A stretch of DNA of 40,008 nucleotides from Acholeplasmatales bacterium DTU056 (GTDB taxonomy: Bacteria > Bacillota_I > Bacilli_A > ML615J-28 > CAG-698), in assembly GCA_001512985.1 (NCBI GenBank), contig LFRX01000031.1, forward strand, positions 13,888-53,895, given 5' to 3'. Both the position numbers and the translations under genes were made by a program. The notes beneath the pieces are model-generated. The model made no database searches. It saw only the letters and a list, made by a program, of their open reading frames with translations, and was not told the origin of the DNA. This document shows, piece by piece, positions 28,837 through 36,515 of this stretch (positions are counted from its first letter, which is position 1; every line of letters starts with the position of its first letter).

Positions 28837-31800
28837 TTATTCACCATCAACTGTTTCAGCTTCGTTAGAGAAATCCATTGATGCATAACGTTTATACATA
28901 CGATATCTTTGTTGAGCATCACGTTTATTTTTTTCTAGAAGTTCTTTAGCAGCTTCTGGATTGATTTGTTTTAAACGAGCATAGCGGTTTTCGCTTAATA
29001 AGAATTCTTCATATTTATCCCAATTTGGTTCACGAGAATCTAATTGGAATGGATTTTTACCTTCTTTAACTAAACGTGGATCGTAACGGAAGTTGACCCA
29101 GTATCCGCATTCAACTGCTAATTTAGCTTGTTCTTGTGATTTACCCATACCAGCTTTAATTTGGTGAGAAATACATGGAGAGTAAGCCACAATTAGTGAT
29201 GGCCCATCGTAACTTTCAGCTTCTTTAATTGCACGAAGCATTTGTGCTTGACTTGCGCCGTGAGAAATAGAAGCTACATATACGTGACCATAACTCATAG
29301 CGATTGCGGCTAGGTCTTTTTTCTTAACTTGTTTACCAGCAGCTGCAAATTTTGCGATCGCGGCTGTTGGGCTTGATTTTGACGCTTGACCGCCGGTATT
29401 AGAGTAAACTTCGGTATCAAGTACTAGGATATTAACATTTTCATTATTAGCAATAACATGGTCTAATCCACCAAAGCCAATGTCGTATGCCCAACCGTCT
29501 CCACCGATAATCCATTGTGAACGAGCCACTAGATAATCGCGTAAGTTGTAAATTTCTTTAGCATAATCAGTATCTAGTTTTTCTAATAATGAAGTTAATT
29601 GTTTAGCAATTCGGCGAGTTTCCAAACTACTATTGCGTTTTTCTAACCATTCATTAAATAACTCTTTAACTTCTGGTGCTAGATTTTCATCTTCTAATCC
29701 TTTTTCCATTTCTAAGGCAATGCGGGCACGAAGTGTTTCAGTACCAATTCTCATACCAAATCCAAATTCCGCATTATCCTCAAATAATGAGTTTGCCCAA
29801 GCAGGTCCATAACCATCTTTGTTAGTTGTATATGGAGTTGCTGGGAAGCTTGCACCATAGATTGATGAGCATCCAGTAGCATTGGCAATTAACATATGAT
29901 CGCCAAATAATTGAGTTATTAATTTAATATATGGTGTTTCACCACATCCAGCACATGCGCCAGAGAATTCAAATAATGGTTGTGCAAATTGGCTATTACG
30001 TGGGTTAGCAGTAGTATCTAATAAATCAGATTTATATGTCACATTATCGAAGAAGTAACGATCGCGTTCGTCATTACCTTTCGCAATTACTTCAGAAATA
30101 TCAGTCATAACTAACGCTTTTTCACCACGTTTTCCTGGACATGTGTTCGCACATACGCCACATCCTGTACAATCCGCAACAGAAATACGAATTGAATATT
30201 CTAATCCTTCTAATCCTTTAATATTTGGTGTTAAATATACTGCATCTTGTGGTCCCGCTGCTTTTTCTTCAGGAGTTACTAAGAATGGACGAATAACTGC
30301 ATGTGGACATACAAATGAACATTGATTACATTGGATACAGTTTTCTGGAATCCATACTGGAACATGAGTGGCAATATAACGTTTTTCATATGCTGTGGTA
30401 CCAGGGGCCATTGAACCATCAACGTATGGTTCGAAAGCTGAAACTGGTAAATCATATCCACGAATTGCATTCACTTCTTGAGCGATTGTTCTTACAAAGT
30501 GTGGAATATTTTCATCAACCACTTTTTCTTCAATATCTAATTTTGCCCAAGCAGGATCAATTGAGAATTCACGTAATGAATCGCCACCGTGTTCAATAGC
30601 CTTATGGTTCATTTCGACAACATTTTGTCCAAAACGACCATATGACTTAGTTGCAAATTCTTTCATTAATTCAATTGCTTTAGCATATGGTAAAATTTGC
30701 TCATTTAGTTTAAAGAATGCTGATTGCATGATTGTATTGGTGCGTCCACCTAATCCAATTTTTTGAGCTAAAGTGTTAGCATCAATAACAAACATTTTAA
30801 TTTCTTTTTCTGCTAATGCTTTTTTAACTTTATTTGGTAAGAATTCAATTAATTGTTCGTCAGTTTTATCAGTATTTAGTAAGAATGTTCCACCATGTTT
30901 AATTTCTTTGATTAAGTCAAATTTTTGTAAGTAAACATCCATCGAACATGATAAGAAATCAGCTTGTTTAATTAAGTAAGTTGAACGAATTGGTTTTGGT
31001 CCAAAACGTAAATGTGAGCGTGTGACCCCACCAGATTTTTTAGAGTCATATGCAAAGTACGCTTGAACATATAAATCAGTGCTATCACCAATTAGTTTAA
31101 TAGTGTTTTTATTAGCCCCGACTGTACCGTCACTACCAAAACCATAGAAAATTAATTCGGAAGTTGCTTGGTCGTTAACTTTTGGTTCACGAGTAACTTC
31201 AAGTGATGTAAATGTTACATCATCGGTAATACCAATTGTAAATCTATCTTTTGCATTTTCGCCTTTAGCTAAATTATCAAATACTGCAATAATTTGTCCT
31301 GGTGTTGTATCTTTACTTGATAATCCGTAACGACCACCAATAATTAATGGACGATTTTCTTGATTATAAAATGCTGCTTTAACATCAAGATATAGTGGTT
31401 CACCAGCTGAACCTTGTTCTTTAGTACGATCTAATACAGCAATTCTTTTAACTGTTTTTGGAATAACTCTTAATAAATGTTTAACTGAGAATGGGCGATA
31501 TAGATGTACAACTACACAACCAACTTTGCGTCCTTCAGTTTGACGTAAGAAATCAACAACTTCTTTAATGGTTTCATTTACTGAACCCATTGCAATGATA
31601 ATGTCAGTTGCATTTTCATCTCCATAGTAAACAAATGGAGCATATTGACGCCCAGTAATTTTACTAATTTCATTCATATATTCTTCTACGATCTCAGGAA
31701 CTCTTTCATAGAAAACATTTTGAGCCTCTCGAGCTTGGAAATATACGTCATCATTTTGTGCAGAACCACGAGTTACTGGACGATTTGGACTTAAAGCACG

Positions 31801-32418
31801 ATTTCTAAATTCTTGGACTTTATCCCAGTCAAGTAAACGTGCAAATTCACTATAGTCCATAACTTCGATTTTTTGAATTTCATGTGATGTTCTAAATCCA
31901 TCAAAGAAATGTAAGAATGGTATGCTGGATTTGATTGCAGAAAGGTGTGCTACACCAGCTAAGTCCATAACTTCTTGAACACTAGATGTTGCAAGCATTG
32001 CCCAACCAGTTTGACGGGCAGCCATAACATCTTGATGATCTCCAAAAATAGATAATGCTTGAACTGCGATACTACGTGCAGAAACATGAATTACACCTGG
32101 TAATAATTCACCAGCAATTTTATACATATTAGGGATTTTTAATAATAACCCTTGACTAGCTGTAAATGTCGTTGTTAGAGCCCCAGCTTGTAATGAACCA
32201 TGAACAGTTCCGGCTGCTCCTGCTTCAGATTGCATTTCAACAACTTTTACAGGAGTTCCAAACAAGTTTTTCTTACCTTGGCTGGCCCACTCATCAACAA
32301 ATTCCGCCATTGGTGAGGATGGTGTGATTGGATATATACCAGCTACTTCTGTAAAGGCATATGCACAATACGCTGCGGCTTGGTTACCATCCATTGACGC
32401 AAAAACTTTTTTTGACAT
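28837..32418 (-). CDS. nifJ: Pyruvate:ferredoxin (flavodoxin) oxidoreductase, single-polypeptide type
   Basis: The 1193-aa product has two 4Fe-4S ferredoxin motifs (CIQCNQCSFVCP, CTGCGVCANTCP) and a TPP-binding region (GGDGWAYDIGFGGLDH). The overall layout is that of NifJ/YdbK. Confidence 0.97.
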   Translation of the reverse strand: MSKKVFASMDGNQAAAYCAYAFTEVAGIYPITPSSPMAEFVDEWASQGKKNLFGTPVKVVEMQSEAGAAGTVHGSLQAGALTTTFTASQGLLLKIPNMYKIAGELLPGVIHVSARSIAVQALSIFGDHQDVMAARQTGWAMLATSSVQEVMDLAGVAHLSAIKSSIPFLHFFDGFRTSHEIQKIEVMDYSEFARLLDWDKVQEFRNRALSPNRPVTRGSAQNDDVYFQAREAQNVFYERVPEIVEEYMNEISKITGRQYAPFVYYGDENATDIIIAMGSVNETIKEVVDFLRQTEGRKVGCVVVHLYRPFSVKHLLRVIPKTVKRIAVLDRTKEQGSAGEPLYLDVKAAFYNQENRPLIIGGRYGLSSKDTTPGQIIAVFDNLAKGENAKDRFTIGITDDVTFTSLEVTREPKVNDQATSELIFYGFGSDGTVGANKNTIKLIGDSTDLYVQAYFAYDSKKSGGVTRSHLRFGPKPIRSTYLIKQADFLSCSMDVYLQKFDLIKEIKHGGTFLLNTDKTDEQLIEFLPNKVKKALAEKEIKMFVIDANTLAQKIGLGGRTNTIMQSAFFKLNEQILPYAKAIELMKEFATKSYGRFGQNVVEMNHKAIEHGGDSLREFSIDPAWAKLDIEEKVVDENIPHFVRTIAQEVNAIRGYDLPVSAFEPYVDGSMAPGTTAYEKRYIATHVPVWIPENCIQCNQCSFVCPHAVIRPFLVTPEEKAAGPQDAVYLTPNIKGLEGLEYSIRISVADCTGCGVCANTCPGKRGEKALVMTDISEVIAKGNDERDRYFFDNVTYKSDLLDTTANPRNSQFAQPLFEFSGACAGCGETPYIKLITQLFGDHMLIANATGCSSIYGASFPATPYTTNKDGYGPAWANSLFEDNAEFGFGMRIGTETLRARIALEMEKGLEDENLAPEVKELFNEWLEKRNSSLETRRIAKQLTSLLEKLDTDYAKEIYNLRDYLVARSQWIIGGDGWAYDIGFGGLDHVIANNENVNILVLDTEVYSNTGGQASKSSPTAAIAKFAAAGKQVKKKDLAAIAMSYGHVYVASISHGASQAQMLRAIKEAESYDGPSLIVAYSPCISHQIKAGMGKSQEQAKLAVECGYWVNFRYDPRLVKEGKNPFQLDSREPNWDKYEEFLLSENRYARLKQINPEAAKELLEKNKRDAQQRYRMYKRYASMDFSNEAETVDGE

Positions 32419-32477
32419 AAAAACTCCTCCGTTTTATAATTTTTAACACGAACTTGAATCAAAAACTAATTCAATTT

Positions 32478-32486
32478 ATTATAGCA
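32478..32486 (-). promoter_or_regulatory. Extended -10 element (TGCTATAAT) upstream of PFOR
   Basis: The minus strand reads ATATGCTATAAT about 55 nt upstream of the ACGGAGGAG SD/ATG region. Confidence 0.4.
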
Positions 32487-32549
32487 TATTATCACAAAAA
32501 ATACTAGTCCTATTTTGAAAAATTACCAATTCTAAGAAATAGCTTTACA

Positions 32550-32578
32550 TTGCTTTTATTTTGTTCATTAGTTATAAT
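32550..32578 (+). promoter_or_regulatory. Sigma-A-like promoter of the radical SAM gene
   Basis: TTGCTT-17 nt-TATAAT, 30 nt upstream of the ATG. Confidence 0.5.
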
Positions 32579-32608
32579 ATTTATAACTAAAATTAAAAAG
32601 GTGATTAA

Positions 32609-34243
32609 ATGAAATCATTACTAGTCGCAATTAATTCCAAATATATTCATCCTGGATATGGTGTATATCAAATTGTTGCTAACTCAAAATATCCTGTTGA
32701 CTATATTGAATTCACCATAAAAGACAACATTGAATCAATAATAGAAAAAATCACTAAAACCAATTATGACTTACTTGGTTTTAGCGTATATATATGGAAT
32801 GTTGAAATAGTAAAAAGGATTTTGAAACATTTAGAACAAATAAATTTTAATGGAACTATTCTATTAGGAGGACCTGAAGTAAGTTATCAGGCTGATTACT
32901 TTTTTACTAACTTTAAAATTGATTATATTATTAAAAATGAAGGGGAAGAATCATTTAATGAATTACTTGAATATTTACAAAATTTGCGTCCGATTACTAA
33001 CGTAAGCAACCTTTATTATCAACAAAACAATCAAGTTCATTTCACTTATGATAAACTTCCTGATATTAATAATATTAAACCTGCTCATCACTTTGTCGAT
33101 GACCTTGAGCATAAAATAATTTATTTTGAAAGCAGTCGTGGGTGTTGCTTCAACTGTACTTATTGTATGGCTTCATTAGAGCCTAGAATTAGGCCTTTTC
33201 CGCTTGACTTAGTTAAAAGTAATTTATCTGAACTTTTAAGAAAAAAAGTTAAAACTATCAAATTTTTAGATCGTAGTTTTAACATTCACTTAAAAAACGC
33301 CTTAGAAATATTAAAATTTTTAATTGAAAATGATAATAACTATACAACTATTCAATTTGAAGTTGTTGGTGATATTCTAAATAGACAAATCATTGATTAT
33401 ATTATCAAATATGCTCGACCTGGATATTTTCGCTTTGAAATAGGAGTTCAAACAACAAATCCACAAACAACTAAAGCAATAAGACGGACTCTTGATTTTG
33501 AAAAATTAGCTAAAAATATCAACTTATTACGTGACAAGGTCGGCTTACATTTAGACTTAATCGCGGGATTACCTTATGAAAATAAAGAAAGTTTTAAAAA
33601 GTCGTTTAACGATACTTTCCTGCTTTTTCCGCACGAACTTCAACTTGGTTTTTTAAAAGAATTGAAAGGAACCCAAATTAGTAAGGAAAAAGAACTTCAT
33701 CAATATGTCTTTTCTAATACTGCTCCTTATGAAGTAATTGAAAATAAATACATTAGTAAAGAAGATCTTGAAGAGATTAGGATTGTAGAAAAGATGGTAA
33801 ATAGGTTATATAATAGGGGACTATTTAATCAAACTATTCATTATCTAGTCACAAACAATTATTATCAGCCTTATGATTTCTTTTTTGAAGTTGGGGTATA
33901 TTTTATAAATAACAACCTCAATAGTCTAACTTATCAATTACATGAACTATTTTTAAATGTTTATAATTTCCTTAAAACTAATCCTAATCTTGACAGCGAC
34001 TATATTTTATTTCTCTTAAAACAAGACTATTTATCCCATTTTAAAATCCGACCAAAAATATGGTGGGATAATCCCCTTACTCCACAAGAAAAAAAGGATG
34101 TTTTTCAAAAAATGACTGTTTTGTATCCACATTTGAATATGGATATGTTATATAGGTATTGTAGAATTGAGAAGTATCAAAATCAATATTATGCTATTTT
34201 GTATCTACCAAATAAAGTAGAAAGTTATTGTTTTACCATTTAA
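32609..34243 (+). CDS. B12-binding-domain radical SAM protein with a DUF4080-like C-terminal region
   Basis: It has an N-terminal B12-like domain, then the SRGCCFNCTYC (CX3CX2C) cluster motif, and a long C-terminal extension. Confidence 0.85.
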   Translation: MKSLLVAINSKYIHPGYGVYQIVANSKYPVDYIEFTIKDNIESIIEKITKTNYDLLGFSVYIWNVEIVKRILKHLEQINFNGTILLGGPEVSYQADYFFTNFKIDYIIKNEGEESFNELLEYLQNLRPITNVSNLYYQQNNQVHFTYDKLPDINNIKPAHHFVDDLEHKIIYFESSRGCCFNCTYCMASLEPRIRPFPLDLVKSNLSELLRKKVKTIKFLDRSFNIHLKNALEILKFLIENDNNYTTIQFEVVGDILNRQIIDYIIKYARPGYFRFEIGVQTTNPQTTKAIRRTLDFEKLAKNINLLRDKVGLHLDLIAGLPYENKESFKKSFNDTFLLFPHELQLGFLKELKGTQISKEKELHQYVFSNTAPYEVIENKYISKEDLEEIRIVEKMVNRLYNRGLFNQTIHYLVTNNYYQPYDFFFEVGVYFINNNLNSLTYQLHELFLNVYNFLKTNPNLDSDYILFLLKQDYLSHFKIRPKIWWDNPLTPQEKKDVFQKMTVLYPHLNMDMLYRYCRIEKYQNQYYAILYLPNKVESYCFTI

Positions 34244-34260
34244 ATATTTAATATTCTTCT

Positions 34261-34303
34261 TCTTTCCTTCATATAATGTAATGATTATAAACTGAAGGAA
34301 AGA
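34261..34303 (+). promoter_or_regulatory. Long imperfect hairpin whose 3' arm contains the murE Shine-Dalgarno
   Basis: tctttccttca (34261..34271) pairs perfectly with tgaaggaaaga (34293..34303). An inner tataat/attata stem has a 6-nt loop and a 3-nt bulge. No T-tract follows. The ATG is at 34309. Confidence 0.5.
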
Positions 34304-34308
34304 TCTAT

Positions 34309-35718
34309 ATGAAAGTAAATAAGATTATTAAATTACTAAAGAAATTACAGATTACCGGCATAAGTGATGATACACGTTATCTTGATGCAGGTAATCTTTT
34401 TATTTGTAAAAAGGGAACTAAATATAATGGTCTTAACTTTATTCACGAGGCCATATCCAAAGGCGCAAAAGCTATTTTAACCGAAGAAGATATTTTGTTA
34501 GATAATGTGGTTGTAATCAAGGTTAATAGTATTCAAAAAGTATTTTATGAATTAATTGCTAAGTTCTATCGATATCCTTGGAAAAAATTAAAGTTAATTG
34601 GTGTCACGGGAACCGATGGTAAAACCACAACAGCTTCATATATTAAACATCTTCTTGGTAATGATTGTGCCTATATTGGAACGAATGGCATTGTTTATTA
34701 TGATAAGATTATTAAAACTTCTTATACAACTCTTCCATATTGTTTATTTGTAAGAACTCTTTATGAATTACAAAAGGCTAATATTAAATACGTTAGCCTT
34801 GAAGCATCTTCCCAAGGATTAATTAATAATCGTTTATATGGAATTAATTTTGATGTTGCAATTTTTACTAATTTAACTTATGAACATCTTGATACTCACA
34901 AAAATATGTATAATTATTTTCAAGCTAAACTAATCCTTTTTAAGCAATTAAAGAAAAACGGTTTAGCAATTGTAAATCGCGATAGTAAATATTCAAATTT
35001 TATTCGCGTCCCAAAAGTAACCTTTAGTATCCAAACAAATGCTGATTATCAAATTACTAATATTGTAAATAAAAGCGATTATCTTGAATTTACATTATTA
35101 TCAAAAAATAATCAACCAACTATATATCAAACAAATGTTTTTGAATCATATAACTTATCAAACCTTTTAGCTGCCATTATTGTTGCTAAACATTTTAAGG
35201 TTCCCAACGAAACATTAAAAGAAAAAATCATACAAATGCCAAGTGTTGCGGGAAGGTTACAATTAGTATCAACCGATTTACCTTTTAAAATATATATTGA
35301 TTTTGCACATACTCCAAATGCTTTATATGAAGTCTTAAAAAATTTACGTTCAAAAACTAATGGTAGAATCATCGGGGTTTGCGGAAGTGCGGGGGAAAAG
35401 GATAAATATAAACGCCATTTAATTGGGCAAGTGGCAACGAATAATGCCGATTATGTTATTTTTACTTCGGAAGATTATCGCAGCGAAGATCCCTATGACA
35501 TTATTTCACAAATGATATCGCTTATCAAAACTAATAACTACGAGATAATTATTGATAGAAAAAAAGCTATTGAAAAAGCCATTAAAATTGCCAAAGAAAA
35601 TGATATTGTAATTGTAACCGGAAAAGGAAATGATGAATATTTTGAAACTAACGAAGGTTGTTTTAAATATTCAGACTATGAGACAATTCAAGAAATTTTC
35701 ACTTCAAAAAAAATATAA
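34309..35718 (+). CDS. murE: UDP-MurNAc-L-Ala-D-Glu--diamino acid ligase MurE
   Basis: GVTGTDGKTTTA P-loop, FTNLTYEHLD, IDFAHTPNA (MurE-type), and GSAGEKDKYKR. The specificity block reads EDYR instead of DNPR. Confidence 0.92.
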   Translation: MKVNKIIKLLKKLQITGISDDTRYLDAGNLFICKKGTKYNGLNFIHEAISKGAKAILTEEDILLDNVVVIKVNSIQKVFYELIAKFYRYPWKKLKLIGVTGTDGKTTTASYIKHLLGNDCAYIGTNGIVYYDKIIKTSYTTLPYCLFVRTLYELQKANIKYVSLEASSQGLINNRLYGINFDVAIFTNLTYEHLDTHKNMYNYFQAKLILFKQLKKNGLAIVNRDSKYSNFIRVPKVTFSIQTNADYQITNIVNKSDYLEFTLLSKNNQPTIYQTNVFESYNLSNLLAAIIVAKHFKVPNETLKEKIIQMPSVAGRLQLVSTDLPFKIYIDFAHTPNALYEVLKNLRSKTNGRIIGVCGSAGEKDKYKRHLIGQVATNNADYVIFTSEDYRSEDPYDIISQMISLIKTNNYEIIIDRKKAIEKAIKIAKENDIVIVTGKGNDEYFETNEGCFKYSDYETIQEIFTSKKI

Positions 35719-35744
35719 GGCTTCCTTGAGAAGCCTTATTTTCG
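35717..35744 (+). terminator. Rho-independent terminator after murE
   Basis: The stem is 8 bp (aaggcttc/gaagcctt) with a 5-nt loop, then ATTTT. Confidence 0.7.
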
Positions 35745-35770
35745 TTATTTTTTAGAAATTATATCAATTA

Positions 35771-36109
35771 TTAAAAGCAAAAGCATATATATTGAAAACT
35801 AATCGTGAAAATACCTATTGTTTTTTTCAATGTTTGATCTATATGCTTTTTTATATCTTTAAATAATTTTATAAATAAAATTCCAAAAGCACTAGTTGAT
35901 AATGCAAACCAAACTAAAAAGTAACTATTGTTTAAATAATAATCACATATAATATCACTTATTCCTGTTATTACCAAGGAAAAATGTAATTGTAATGTAA
36001 ATAACCCGATGTAAATAGTTTTAGCGGGTATTTTAGAAATACTAACATTATATTTTTGTTCATTTTTCTTTCCCAGATGAAAGAATAAACAAAAGCGCCT
36101 AATATTCAA
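35771..36109 (-). CDS. Hypothetical membrane ORF without any ATG (TTG start only); possibly the 3' fragment of a decayed gene
   Basis: The 112-aa ORF has no internal Met and no SD. It is hydrophobic. See the finding at 35771..36402. Confidence 0.35.
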   Translation of the reverse strand: MNIRRFCLFFHLGKKNEQKYNVSISKIPAKTIYIGLFTLQLHFSLVITGISDIICDYYLNNSYFLVWFALSTSAFGILFIKLFKDIKKHIDQTLKKTIGIFTISFQYICFCF

Positions 36110-36315
36110 ATAGTAGCCATAATAAAGACGATCTTATTTAATAAATTTCCATTAGCAACATCATTTTCACCATTTTGTTGGTTATGATAGAATACATTTA
36201 ATGCTGCATTCCCAATAAAACATATTACTACAAACGATGCAAGAGAAGTTGTTTGGCTGATAAAATATTTATTCTTTTTATTACTTGGATAATTTTCTAA
36301 ATTAAGCTTATTCAT
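36106..36315 (-). CDS. Hypothetical small membrane ORF; possibly the middle fragment of a decayed gene
   Basis: The 69-aa ORF has no SD before its ATG. It is in frame with an SD-equipped ATG at 36402, from which it is separated by a single TAG. Confidence 0.35.
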   Translation of the reverse strand: MNKLNLENYPSNKKNKYFISQTTSLASFVVICFIGNAALNVFYHNQQNGENDVANGNLLNKIVFIMATI

Positions 36316-36460
36316 TTTAGAATATAATTTTTGATATAACTAAAATAATAACAAATAAAAATACCCAAAGAAAGAATAATTTGGCATAAGATATCTAAGC
36401 ATTTATATTTCTCTTTCCTGCTACAGTTAGTGTAGTAATCAATTAATAATTAATTTGGCA

Positions 36461-36494
36461 AAGCAGGTATTTGATTACCAAATACCTGCTTTTT
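36461..36494. terminator. Strong hairpin downstream of the amidase gene, with its T-tract only on the plus strand
   Basis: The stem is 13 bp (aagcaggtatttg/caaatacctgctt) with a 5-nt loop. The plus strand has a T5 tail. The minus strand has only an upstream A-run. Confidence 0.5.
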
Positions 36495-36515
36495 CAAGTT
36501 TAGAAAGGAGTCAAA

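Noticed and set aside
32484-32502. TTGTGA adjacent to the PFOR -10 region as a Rex/CRP-FNR-type operator half-site.
   Set aside because: The expected inverted partner (TCACAA) is absent at the appropriate spacing. A single 6-mer in AT-rich DNA is not evidence.
36100-36112. An in-frame TGA followed by continued TM-like coding sequence suggested Mollicutes-type code 4 (TGA = Trp).
   Set aside because: All large conserved genes in the window (PFOR 1193 aa, FtsH, GlpK, LysS, SufB, MurE) are uninterrupted under the standard code and encode Trp with TGG. TGA therefore functions as a stop here. The local pattern is better explained by gene decay.
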